Shown here piece after piece: positions 7,594-17,289 of a stretch of DNA of 64,000 nt; position 1 is the first letter of the stretch; each line of letters opens with the position of its first letter. Source of the stretch: Candidatus Latescibacterota bacterium (GTDB lineage: Bacteria > Latescibacterota > UBA2968); the NCBI GenBank assembly GCA_965204375.1, contig OZ241986.1:1-64000 (forward strand), read 5' to 3'. The translations under genes were made by a program, and so were the position numbers. The notes under the pieces are model-generated. The model was not told the origin of the DNA. It saw nothing but the letters and a program-made list of their open reading frames with translations, and searched no databases.

Positions 7594-8556
7594 TTAAAAA
7601 AGTGAGAGTTGGACGGGGTCTTGTTCTGTTGTGGGTTGTCTGGCAGGTCTCTCATTGGGATAGCACACGGCTTTGAAGGGGCAGGTGGTACACAGGTGGA
7701 TATTTGTCGTCATTGGGAAGGTGTCTTGCGAAGCGGTGTTTTGCTCGGGATCGTCGAGGAGGGCACGCATTTTCTGGACACTTTCGGTGACAAAGATACG
7801 GGTCTGGTCGAGGTCGTCGGGAGAGAGGTGCAGGGTGCGTTCGGTGTTGGTTTGCAGGTAGATGTCCTGGAGGTGCAGGTCGGATAATGCGACGCCCCAC
7901 TGCGAGGTGGCGTACAGGGCGTACACAGCGAGTTGGTGGCGGTCGGCCTGGCGTTCCCGCCCGGTTTTCCAGTCGAATATATAGACCGATTTGTTGCGGC
8001 GAATTGCGATGTCGAGCACGACCCATATTTTGGTATTGGCAAGGGTAAAATCTGTGAGGTCTTCAATGGTGAGATAGTTTTCGGGGCGGGCAGATTGCAG
8101 GGTGGCGTAGGCATCGGAGGCGAAAAAAGCGTTGAGACTTGTCGAGATGTGATTGGCCGACTTGTTCTGATCGGTTTCTGTAAAGGGTTCGCTGTAATAG
8201 TGTTCAAACAAATTGGTGTATTGAGAGGCTGAATAGCGCCAGAGGTGGTCTTTGGATTCTTGCAGGTGTTGACCGAATAATTTTTGCGCGTAGGTCTCGG
8301 TAGCTGACGGGTGAATAGGGCGTCCCAATTTCAGTGCATTGAGTACGTTGCTAATGGCGTCGTGTACCACGGTACCGACGAGTTGTGGTACTGTGGTTAT
8401 TTTTTTGAGGCGATAGAGTAATTGGGTCTGCGCGTCTGCGTTTTTGTCCCAGCCACCCCAGCTACCGTAGTAGTTGAAGTAGTATTGTCGCCTGCACGAT
8501 TCAAACATGCGATGGCGCGAAGGCGACCAGGAGAATTCGTTTTGGAGTTTGGGCAT
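7594..8556 (-). CDS. PD-(D/E)XK nuclease, RecB/AddB/Cas4-like, with Fe-S cysteines
   Basis: WSPSR...CRRQYY, GTVVH, LD...IFDWKTG, QLAVY, CTTCPFKAVC; directly downstream of aroA. Confidence 0.85.
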   Translation of the reverse strand: MPKLQNEFSWSPSRHRMFESCRRQYYFNYYGSWGGWDKNADAQTQLLYRLKKITTVPQLVGTVVHDAISNVLNALKLGRPIHPSATETYAQKLFGQHLQESKDHLWRYSASQYTNLFEHYYSEPFTETDQNKSANHISTSLNAFFASDAYATLQSARPENYLTIEDLTDFTLANTKIWVVLDIAIRRNKSVYIFDWKTGRERQADRHQLAVYALYATSQWGVALSDLHLQDIYLQTNTERTLHLSPDDLDQTRIFVTESVQKMRALLDDPEQNTASQDTFPMTTNIHLCTTCPFKAVCYPNERPARQPTTEQDPVQLSLF

Positions 8557-8559
8557 GTT

Positions 8560-9840
8560 TCAATAAAGCGCGTTCAAGACATCAAAATACGTCGGAAATG
8601 TTTTGTTGACGCAGTCGGGGTCGTTTATGACAATACCGGGGATTTTCAGTCCGATTAGCGATAGGCTCATCGCCATGCGGTGGTCGTCGTATGTGTCGAG
8701 TGCCGCGGGCTGGATGTGGTCTGCGGGATAAACTGTGAGGCCATCGGCGCGGGTGTCAACGCGCACGCCGAGTTTGTTCAGTTCGGTTTTGAGTGCGGCG
8801 ATGCGGTCGGTTTCGTGGATGCGGAGGACGGCTACGTTGTGTACGCTGATTGGAGCAGAGGCAAACGGGGCCAGGGCGCACAGGGTTGGCACGATGTCGG
8901 GCGTGGCGTTCATGTCGATGTCGAGGCCCGATAGGCGTCCTGTTCCGCGCACTTCAATGCCTTCGGAGTCTTTGCTCACGTCACAGCCCATTTTGGACAG
9001 GATATCGACAAAGCCGATGTCGCCCTGAATGGATTGCGCTGTTAAATTGGGTACGCGCACGCGGCCACGGGTGAGTGCGGCTGCGGCAAAAAAATAGGAG
9101 GCGTTGGATGCATCGGGTTCGATCAGGTAGGTTCGGGAATGATAGCGCTGGCCTGCGCGCACTGTGAAAGAGCGGTAATTATTATTGGTGACTTCAATAC
9201 CGAAGTCGCGCATGACGGCAATGGTGAGGTCGATATACGGTTTGGATACGAGGTCGCCTTTGACGTGGATTTCGACATCGGTTTGGGCGTAGGAAGCCAC
9301 TTGAAGCAGAGCCGTGAAATACTGGCTGCTTTTGCTGCCGTTCATGGTGGTGCGGCCGCCTTTGAGGCCAGAGGCGACGATGAGCGCGGGGGGGCATAGC
9401 CCGTCCTTGCCTTCACAACGCGCGGTTACGCCGAGGGGGGTGAGGCCGTCGAGGAGGTCCTGGATGGGGCGCTCGCGCATCCGTTCGACGCCGTCTATGG
9501 TATAGGTCCCAGCACCCAGGCCGAGATATGCCGCGAGAAAGCGCGCTGAGGTGCCCGAGTTGCCAATGTGGAGTTCTGCCTGATCAGCGGGAATGTGCCC
9601 GCCTGTGCCATAGACGCGGAATGCGGCGTCCGATTCGTTTTCTTCCACGCGAATGCCCAGATCGCGCAGGGCATTTGCCATGTATCGCGTGTCGTCGCTC
9701 ATGAGTGCGTTTTTGAGGTGGCTGACGCCATCAGCAAGTGCAGCAATTAGCAAAACGCGGTTGGTGATGCTTTTAGAACCCGGAATCGCGACATTTGCAT
9801 CGACTGGGGCTGTCAGGAGTTGGATTTCAAGAGTTTTCAT
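8560..9840 (-). CDS. aroA: 3-phosphoshikimate 1-carboxyvinyltransferase
   Basis: PGSKSITNR, GNSGTSAR, SSQY, ETDRI, DDHRMAM, KTFP; likely start ATG 9840. Confidence 0.97.
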   Translation of the reverse strand: MKTLEIQLLTAPVDANVAIPGSKSITNRVLLIAALADGVSHLKNALMSDDTRYMANALRDLGIRVEENESDAAFRVYGTGGHIPADQAELHIGNSGTSARFLAAYLGLGAGTYTIDGVERMRERPIQDLLDGLTPLGVTARCEGKDGLCPPALIVASGLKGGRTTMNGSKSSQYFTALLQVASYAQTDVEIHVKGDLVSKPYIDLTIAVMRDFGIEVTNNNYRSFTVRAGQRYHSRTYLIEPDASNASYFFAAAALTRGRVRVPNLTAQSIQGDIGFVDILSKMGCDVSKDSEGIEVRGTGRLSGLDIDMNATPDIVPTLCALAPFASAPISVHNVAVLRIHETDRIAALKTELNKLGVRVDTRADGLTVYPADHIQPAALDTYDDHRMAMSLSLIGLKIPGIVINDPDCVNKTFPTYFDVLNALY

Positions 9841-10080
9841 AGGACTAAAAATAAATGAAAAATTAAAAATGAACAAGGCACAATAGTTTTCCTGTGGGCG
9901 TTTTTTCGATGTCCTGTTTTAATGGCGTTACACCCTGCCAATCTGTCGCTTGATTTTTTCTGATACCGGTTTTAGATTAGAGTCCAGACTGTTGTATTCT
10001 TTCCTGATTCTTTTTCCTCTCTCCAATTCTTTTTTCCGAGATGCCCCTCCCCCAACATCTCCATTTACGGGAGCGTGTTG

Positions 10081-13000
10081 ATGAAATCCTCTGACTTTGT
10101 CCATTTGCACAGCCACACCATGTACAGCCTGCTCGATGGTGCGTCGAGAATAGAAGATATTGCCCAAGTCGCGGCCGAATGGGGCATGCCTGCGGTTGCG
10201 ATGACCGATCACGGCAATCTTTTTGGCGCTATTGATTTTTATCGCGCGATGAAAGATGTTGGTGTCAATCCGATTATCGGGTGCGAAGTGTATTGCGCGA
10301 TGGGGAGCCGATTTGACAGAAAATCTATGCCGGGTCTCCAGGGCAGTTCAAACCATCTGGTTTTGCTGGTTAAAAATTATACGGGCTATAAAAATCTGAT
10401 TAAGCTGGTGTCTGCGGGGTATCTCGAGGGCTATTATTACAATCCGCGCATAGACAAAGATTTGTTGCGCCAGCATTCGGAAGGGCTGATTTGCCTGTCG
10501 GCGTGCATCGGGGGCGAGATCCCCTATTTGATCGAACGCGAGGGATACAAATCGGCGCAAAAGGCTGTGGAAACATATCTCGATATTTTTGGCGATGATT
10601 ATTATCTGGAGATTCAGCGGCACGGCATTGATAAAGAAAAAAAGGTCAATCCCGGATTGGTCAAGCTGCACAAAGAGATGGGTGTGCCTCTGGTGGCGAC
10701 CAATGATTCGCATTTTACGCGGGCTGAAGACCACGAAGCGCATGCGGCGCTTGTCGCTATTCAGACGGGTAAGACATTGGACGATCCCAAGCGCATGTGT
10801 TATCCCGAAGGCGTGTATTTTAAGTCGGCAGAAGAGATGTACAAGCTGTTTCAGGATATGCCGCACGTTTTGGAACCCACGCTCGAGATTGCCGAAAAAT
10901 GTAATCTGGAGATTTCATTTGATGAATACCGCGCGCCCGATTTCCCTTTGCCAGAGAGGTATGATGCGGCCAGCGATTATCTCGGCGATCTGGCGCGCGC
11001 GGGGATGGAGGCGCGGTGCAAGCAGGTGACCTCTGAGCATGAGGAACGCCTGAAGTTTGAGTTGGACGTGATCAATCAGACGGGATATCCGGGCTATTTT
11101 TTGATTTTGCACGATTTGATGCAGTTTTCCAATGCCTCAGATATCCGAGCAGGCGCGCGTGGGTCTGCTGTGAGTAGTCTGGTGGCTTACGCACTGGGCA
11201 TAACGGCTGTGGATCCCATCGAATACGGGCTGGTGTTTGAGCGATTTTTGAATCCCGAGCGGATTTCGCCGCCCGATATCGATCTCGATATCGCTGACCG
11301 CGACCGCGAGCAGGTCATCGATTACGTGGTGGATAAATACGGGCGCGACAATGTGTGTCAGGTCATTACGTTTGGTACCATGGGTGCGAAGGGCGTGATT
11401 CGCGATGTGGGACGGGTGTTGGACCGGCCATTTGCAGAAGTCGATAGAATTTCAAAACTGGTGCCCGCAGAATTGAAGATGACGCTCGATAAAGCACTCG
11501 ACCAGGTGCCCGAGTTGCGTCAGATTGCCGAAGATGGGGACATGGGGCAAAAGATGATCGGCATTGGCAAGCAACTCGAAGGTCTGGCGCGCCATGCGTC
11601 GATTCACGCGGCTGCGGTGGTGATTACGCCCGAGCCTGTGACCGAGTTTATGCCCGTTTACAAAGCGCCCAAAGGCGGCGAGGTGATGACGCAGTACAAT
11701 ATGCATCACGTGGAAGATCTGGGCTTTTTGAAGATGGATTTTTTGGGGCTTCGCAATCTGACGGTGATTGACGATGCCGTGAAGATGGTGAAGGAAAATT
11801 ACGGCGTGGATGTGGATGTGGATAACTTGCCTCTGGACGATGAGGAGACCTATCGCCTGTTTGGCCGGGGCGATACGACCGGGGTGTTCCAGTTTGAAAG
11901 CGCGGGGATGAGGGGCTATTTGCAACAACTGAAGCCGGATACGATTGGCGATATTATTGCGATGAACGCGCTTTATCGCCCGGGGCCGATGCAGTACATT
12001 CCCAATTACGTTGACCGCAAGCACGGGCGGGAAGAAGTGACGTATGACGACGAGAAAATGCGCCCGGCTCTGGAAGAGACGTACGGCATTATTACCTACC
12101 AGGAACAGGTACAACGACTGTGCCGCGACCTGGCCGGATTTACACTTGCCAAAGCCGATGGCATCCGCAAAGCCATGGGGAAGAAGTTGGCCGATGTAAT
12201 GGAGCGGTACCGGCTCGAATTTTTAGAAGGTGCCATGACCAATGGTGTTGAAAAAACGGTTGCGCAACAGATATGGCGAGACATCGAGGTTTTCTCGGGC
12301 TATGGATTCAACAAGGCGCACAGTGCGGGCTATTCGATGGTGGCTTACCAGTGCGCGTATCTCAAGGCGCATTATCCGGCTGAATTTATGGCGGCGAACC
12401 TCAACAGTGAAATTGGCAATATCGAGCGCCTGGTCGTTTTGATTGAAGAATGCCGGCGGATGGATCTGGATGTATTGCCGCCAGATGTAAATGAAGGGCA
12501 GAGCGATTTTGTGGCGGCTAAAAATGAGATTCGAATGGGTATGGCTGCCATTCGCAATGTGGGGCGCAGCGCGGTTCAAGCGATTGTTGCGGCGCGTGAA
12601 GCAGATGACCCTTTTGAGTCGCTATTTGATTTTTGCGACCGCGTGGATTCTCAGGCTGTGAACAGGCGGTGTATCGAAAGTCTGATTAAAGCCGGTGCTT
12701 ATGATTGCGTGCCCGGGCATCGCGCGCAGTTGCTCGAAGCCTTAGACCGCGCACTGGAGATGGCGCAATCTGTACAGATGGACCGCGCACGCGGGCAAAT
12801 TTCCATGTTTGAAATGGTCGAGATGCAAACGCAGGTGGTGAACGACCAATCGTTGCCCGATGTTGAGGAATGGACTGAGCGCGAACGCCTCGCACACGAA
12901 AAAGATATGCTGGGCTTTTATCTTTCGGGGCATCCGCTGGAACGCTACAGAATCGATTTGGTGGAAATGGGTATGAGATCGGTAAATGATCTGGAGGGAT

Positions 13001-13578
13001 TGCCCGATGGTGCTGAGGTCCAGATTGGAGGCGTGTTGGCCGAGGTAAAACCGCATACGACACGCGATGGCCGGTCCATGGCTTTTGGTGCGCTGGAAGA
13101 TTTGAGCGGCACGGTTGATCTCGTGGTGTTTTCCGATAATTTTGAAAAATTGCGCGAGCAACTGCTGGTCGATGAAATGGTGGTTTTACAAGGTCGGTTT
13201 TCCGCACGCAATGGGCGGTCTTCGGTGCAGGTTGAAAATGTGATGCCTATTGAGCAAGCGCGCGAGCAACTGGCCGATACCGTCAATGTGATGTTGCCGG
13301 GTGATTTAATTCGAATGGAGCCACTCAAATCACTGCATACCCTGTGTCTGAGACATCCGGGCAACTGTCAGTTGCGATTGCATCTGGAATTGGAGCGCGA
13401 CCATTCCACTGTCGTCCTGTCTCGCCAGGTTCAGGTGTTGCCTTCTGATGCCCTGTTGCGAGAAATTGTCGAACTCACGGGCGGCAGGGCTAATGCCTGG
13501 GTATCAACTGAGGCGGGACGCGCCCGACGTGCGGCGAGACGCCAATCCGATGAAATGGTCGTCGAAGGGGGCTTGTAA
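10081..13578 (+). CDS. dnaE: DNA polymerase III alpha subunit
   Basis: PHP domain FVHLHSHTMYSLLDG; FLNPERISPPDIDLD, LKMDFLGL, YGFNKAH; OB fold. Confidence 0.98.
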   Translation: MKSSDFVHLHSHTMYSLLDGASRIEDIAQVAAEWGMPAVAMTDHGNLFGAIDFYRAMKDVGVNPIIGCEVYCAMGSRFDRKSMPGLQGSSNHLVLLVKNYTGYKNLIKLVSAGYLEGYYYNPRIDKDLLRQHSEGLICLSACIGGEIPYLIEREGYKSAQKAVETYLDIFGDDYYLEIQRHGIDKEKKVNPGLVKLHKEMGVPLVATNDSHFTRAEDHEAHAALVAIQTGKTLDDPKRMCYPEGVYFKSAEEMYKLFQDMPHVLEPTLEIAEKCNLEISFDEYRAPDFPLPERYDAASDYLGDLARAGMEARCKQVTSEHEERLKFELDVINQTGYPGYFLILHDLMQFSNASDIRAGARGSAVSSLVAYALGITAVDPIEYGLVFERFLNPERISPPDIDLDIADRDREQVIDYVVDKYGRDNVCQVITFGTMGAKGVIRDVGRVLDRPFAEVDRISKLVPAELKMTLDKALDQVPELRQIAEDGDMGQKMIGIGKQLEGLARHASIHAAAVVITPEPVTEFMPVYKAPKGGEVMTQYNMHHVEDLGFLKMDFLGLRNLTVIDDAVKMVKENYGVDVDVDNLPLDDEETYRLFGRGDTTGVFQFESAGMRGYLQQLKPDTIGDIIAMNALYRPGPMQYIPNYVDRKHGREEVTYDDEKMRPALEETYGIITYQEQVQRLCRDLAGFTLAKADGIRKAMGKKLADVMERYRLEFLEGAMTNGVEKTVAQQIWRDIEVFSGYGFNKAHSAGYSMVAYQCAYLKAHYPAEFMAANLNSEIGNIERLVVLIEECRRMDLDVLPPDVNEGQSDFVAAKNEIRMGMAAIRNVGRSAVQAIVAAREADDPFESLFDFCDRVDSQAVNRRCIESLIKAGAYDCVPGHRAQLLEALDRALEMAQSVQMDRARGQISMFEMVEMQTQVVNDQSLPDVEEWTERERLAHEKDMLGFYLSGHPLERYRIDLVEMGMRSVNDLEGLPDGAEVQIGGVLAEVKPHTTRDGRSMAFGALEDLSGTVDLVVFSDNFEKLREQLLVDEMVVLQGRFSARNGRSSVQVENVMPIEQAREQLADTVNVMLPGDLIRMEPLKSLHTLCLRHPGNCQLRLHLELERDHSTVVLSRQVQVLPSDALLREIVELTGGRANAWVSTEAGRARRAARRQSDEMVVEGGL

Positions 13579-13613
13579 CAGCGTGATGAGAGACGAGAAA
13601 AATGAATAAAAAT

Positions 13614-13647
13614 AAAAGGCGAGAGGCCCAATGGCCTCTCGCCTTTT
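13614..13647. terminator. Bidirectional intrinsic terminator between convergent dnaE and rodA
   Basis: AAAAGGCGAGAGGCC-CAAT-GGCCTCTCGCCTTTT perfect stem. Confidence 0.9.
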
Positions 13648-13660
13648 GCGTTTCACATCT

Positions 13661-14881
13661 TTAATAATCATCATACCTGTTGGCATAAATGTTGAGCAAC
13701 AGACCAATGAGGATCATGTTTGTGATGAGGGTGGAACCTCCGTAGCTCAGAAAAGGCAAAGGCAGGCCCGTGACGGGCATGATGCCGACGGTCATGCCGA
13801 TGTTGACAAAAATGTGGAAGAGGAGAATGGTCGCCAGACCGATAGCGGTCAAGCTGGAGAAGCGACTTTTGGTCTGTATGGCAATGGACAAGGCGCGCCA
13901 TAAGATGAACATAAACAATGCCAGAACAAAAAAGGCACCGATAAATCCAAATTCTTCGCATATAACGGAAAAGATAAAGTCGGTATGTTGCTCGGGTAAA
14001 AAGGCGAGTTTGGTTTGTGTGCCTTCTAAAAATCCCTTGCCCTTGAGACCACCAGACCCAATGGCGATTTTGGACTGAATGACCTGATAACCCGCACCGA
14101 GTTTGTCCATATTGGGGTCGAGAAAGGTGAGGATGCGGCGTTTTTGGTAGTCGTGGAGTTTGTTTTCCCACACGTAGGGTGCGGCGATAGCAACCGCGAG
14201 ATTGACCAATAGCAAGATGCTTGCGGTGAATAAACGAGGGCGTTCATAGAAAAGGATCCCAATGAGCAGGAGTACCACCGCGACTAACATCCACGGGTGA
14301 AAAGCACATATCAGAGTGAGGGCAGGAGAAACTAAAAAAAATAAATGCATAAGTCTGGCACCAGCCCAAAAGAACATGGGCAGGATGAGGATGCTAAAAA
14401 CCAGAGCGGTGCCCAGATCGGGTTGCTTGAAAACGAGCAAAATGGGCACGATAACGAGCAATAGAGGATGGATAAAGGCACGCACGCGGGTCAGGTCGCG
14501 GTTGGGATAGGCCAAAAAGCGCGCGAGTACCAGGATGGTCGTTATCTTGGCTAATTCGGAGGGCTGTATGTGAATGGGACCAACGTTGAACCAGCGCCGG
14601 TCGCCCAATTCGAGCACCAGAACCAAAAGTGCGACCGTCAGGCCGTAGAGGACATACGCAAAGGCGTAAAAAAATTTAAGGGGAATGACCATGGTGATGA
14701 CCATGGCAATAAACCCGAGCAATGCCCAGAGGATTTGCTTTTCATAAATGTTGCCGGCCAGGCCCAAATCCCAATTGTAGCTGGCACTATAGATGATCGT
14801 AATGCCCACACCAATGCTCAGGCATATTGCTGAGAGGAGGCCGATATCGAGGTCCCGTCGAACAAATAGAGAGAGATTCAC
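13661..14881 (-). CDS. rodA: Rod shape-determining SEDS protein RodA
   Basis: IQPSELAK, QPDLGT, LPEQHTDFIF, GLPLPFLSYGGS; follows mrdA; likely GTG start 14881. Confidence 0.95.
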   Translation of the reverse strand: MNLSLFVRRDLDIGLLSAICLSIGVGITIIYSASYNWDLGLAGNIYEKQILWALLGFIAMVITMVIPLKFFYAFAYVLYGLTVALLVLVLELGDRRWFNVGPIHIQPSELAKITTILVLARFLAYPNRDLTRVRAFIHPLLLVIVPILLVFKQPDLGTALVFSILILPMFFWAGARLMHLFFLVSPALTLICAFHPWMLVAVVLLLIGILFYERPRLFTASILLLVNLAVAIAAPYVWENKLHDYQKRRILTFLDPNMDKLGAGYQVIQSKIAIGSGGLKGKGFLEGTQTKLAFLPEQHTDFIFSVICEEFGFIGAFFVLALFMFILWRALSIAIQTKSRFSSLTAIGLATILLFHIFVNIGMTVGIMPVTGLPLPFLSYGGSTLITNMILIGLLLNIYANRYDDY

Positions 14882-14903
14882 AATTACCTCGAAAAATGAG
14901 AGG

Positions 14904-16778
14904 TTACTGGTTATTGACCACAATCATTTCGTTGGCGGGTTTTGGCACCACGTGTTCAAAATAGGCTTCGAGCGTTTTTTGTGCAATAGGTGCGGCAACT
15001 CTACCCCCCGAACCGCCGTTTTCAACAATCACGGCAATGGCAATGCGCGGGTTTTCAACCGGTGCATAAGCGACAAACCAGGCGTGGTCTTCACCGTGAG
15101 GATTTTGTGCAGTGCCCGTTTTTCCCGCAACGACAATATTGGGTAAACGGGCAGAACGCCCGGTGCCGTATGGACTGTTGACCACGTCTTCCATCATGCT
15201 TTGCACGGTCTTGAGAGTCGCTTTCGAGAGGGGTAGAGATGTAGTTCCTCCCTGTGCGCCTTTGATCACATGCGGAGTGGGTAACTGACCGGTTGCCAGC
15301 GCGCTCGTATAGCGCACCACCTGAAGGGGCGTTGCCAGGAGTTCCCCCTGTCCAATGGTCAGGTTGAGCATATAGCCACCAGCCCAGAAGCCGTACCTTT
15401 GCTTGTAATAGGCGCGGTTGGGCAACAGACCGCGTGCTTCACCATCGCCTTCCGAAGCGATGTCGATATTTGTCAATTCACCAAATCCGAACATAGCGGC
15501 ATACCGATGCCAGTTGTCAATGCCTACTTTGAGGCCAAGTTGGTAAAAGAATACATCACACGATTTTACGAGTGCTTGTCGCATGTTGAGAAGCCCACAA
15601 CCTTTTTTGTTGTGACATCTAAACCGGCGATCGCCCAAAACCATGCCTCCTGTGCATGGTCTCAAGCGATATTCATCGGCTTTGATTATGCCCATGTCCA
15701 AAGCGGCTATCGATGTAATCATTTTGAAGACCGAAGCGGGTGGATATTCACCTTTAAGGCTGCGGTTGAGCAAGGGTTTTGATGGGGCTGTTTGTAAGTG
15801 CTGCCAGGCTTTGGGGGCCCGGATAGATTGTGGATGAAAACCAGGTTTGCTGACCATGGCAATGATTTCGCCAGATTGTGGGTGCATGGCAATCAGGCTG
15901 CCGCGCATGCTATCTGCAAAGGCGTGCTCAGCGGCATGCTGCACACGCCAGTCGAGCGTGAGCCATAGATCTTCACCGGAAATGGGAGGATCTGTTTTTT
16001 CGGGGAAACTGCCCACTTCGCGTCCTTTTGCATTCACTTCGATGTATTTGACGCCCTTATGGCCTCGCATTCGGTCTTCAAATATGCGCTCAATACCTCG
16101 TTTTCCAATCTGATCGTCGTAGCTATATCCCCGCGTTTTCATGTGGGTATATTGAGATGCGTTGATAAGCCCGACATAGCCCAAAATATGGGGTGCTAAG
16201 ACCAGGGGGTTACTGGCGTTGTGCTGGGCGTGCGAAAACCCGGTGGAAAGCACCGCGGGTGTGTCAAAGATGGGATAGCCCCTGCGGGGTTCGATTTGAA
16301 TTTCTACACCTGGAAAGTCATAGCGGTTTTCTTCGATAATGGAAATGGCTTCAAAATCCACATCGAGTTTGAGTTTGACCGGGTCGTAAAAATGCCGATT
16401 ATGCGATTGCAATTTTTCTGTTATTGTTTTGCAGGGCAGATCTACAATTTGCCCAAGGCGTTCGAGAAGTCCATTACATTTATCTTCTTCAATATTTGCC
16501 AAAAAGCGAGGGGGAATGACTGAGATGTTATAAGCTGGTCTGTTATCGACCAAAATGATACCATTGCGGTCGCGGATCAGGCCGCGATTGGCCTGGATGA
16601 TGACGGGCTGCATGGTATTCTTTTCAGATTGGATGCGATACTGTTCCCATTCGGCAATCTGCAATATATAGAGGCGAATGCCCAATATGCCAAAAAGAAA
16701 CGCGATTACACCTAAAAGAATGCGTGCGCGATGTGCTCGAATGCCGTTATGTGTGAAGTCATTCTGCATGGGATTCAA
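14904..16778 (-). CDS. mrdA: Penicillin-binding protein 2
   Basis: N-terminal TM, RGLIRDRNG, YPPASVFK (SxxK), SCD, KTGTAQ. Confidence 0.95.
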   Translation of the reverse strand: MNPMQNDFTHNGIRAHRARILLGVIAFLFGILGIRLYILQIAEWEQYRIQSEKNTMQPVIIQANRGLIRDRNGIILVDNRPAYNISVIPPRFLANIEEDKCNGLLERLGQIVDLPCKTITEKLQSHNRHFYDPVKLKLDVDFEAISIIEENRYDFPGVEIQIEPRRGYPIFDTPAVLSTGFSHAQHNASNPLVLAPHILGYVGLINASQYTHMKTRGYSYDDQIGKRGIERIFEDRMRGHKGVKYIEVNAKGREVGSFPEKTDPPISGEDLWLTLDWRVQHAAEHAFADSMRGSLIAMHPQSGEIIAMVSKPGFHPQSIRAPKAWQHLQTAPSKPLLNRSLKGEYPPASVFKMITSIAALDMGIIKADEYRLRPCTGGMVLGDRRFRCHNKKGCGLLNMRQALVKSCDVFFYQLGLKVGIDNWHRYAAMFGFGELTNIDIASEGDGEARGLLPNRAYYKQRYGFWAGGYMLNLTIGQGELLATPLQVVRYTSALATGQLPTPHVIKGAQGGTTSLPLSKATLKTVQSMMEDVVNSPYGTGRSARLPNIVVAGKTGTAQNPHGEDHAWFVAYAPVENPRIAIAVIVENGGSGGRVAAPIAQKTLEAYFEHVVPKPANEMIVVNNQ

Positions 16779-17238
16779 TATTGAGAAGTGAGAAATGAGT
16801 GAGGACAGACGACAATGCCGTGCCCAACACGGCTGTGTAAAGGCCTGTACCCAATCCGACGCTCAAAATTTTGAGCGGTTGCAAAGCAACGAGAAAAAAA
16901 ATAATATCGTGCAAGAGTGTTGCCAAAAATAAAATGGCGGCCTGTGCCCGCAGAGCTTCTGCTGCAACGCTCACGCGACTATAACCTGCAAAAAAACCAA
17001 TCAGGCTGTTGCCGAGAGCATTGACACCCAAACGCGTGCCGGGGTCGTATATGTCGATAAGCAATCCCGATATAAAACCCAGTACCGTCGCTTCAATTTG
17101 CCCTCGGGTAAAGGCAATAAAAACCATTATGATGATGACGATGTCCGGCGCAATGCCATAAATGGCGAGGCTATCAATCCAGGATGCCTGGATAAGCAGT
17201 GCCAGAAGAATGAGCAAAATATTGCGGGTGATAATCAT
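16759..17238 (-). CDS. mreD: Rod shape-determining protein MreD
   Basis: Hydrophobic 159 aa with PD and GFISGLLID; directly upstream of mrdA. Confidence 0.85.
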   Translation of the reverse strand: MIITRNILLILLALLIQASWIDSLAIYGIAPDIVIIIMVFIAFTRGQIEATVLGFISGLLIDIYDPGTRLGVNALGNSLIGFFAGYSRVSVAAEALRAQAAILFLATLLHDIIFFLVALQPLKILSVGLGTGLYTAVLGTALSSVLTHFSLLNIESHAE

Positions 17239-17289
17239 TGGTAAAGCAGTCAGCGGTCAGCTTTCCACCAGGGCGGACTAATAGTTTCA

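Noticed and set aside
7594-8556. PD-(D/E)XK Fe-S nuclease as Cas4
   Set aside because: It is 320 aa, coupled to aroA and has no cas1/cas2 neighbours; it fits stand-alone RecB/AddB-like nucleases.
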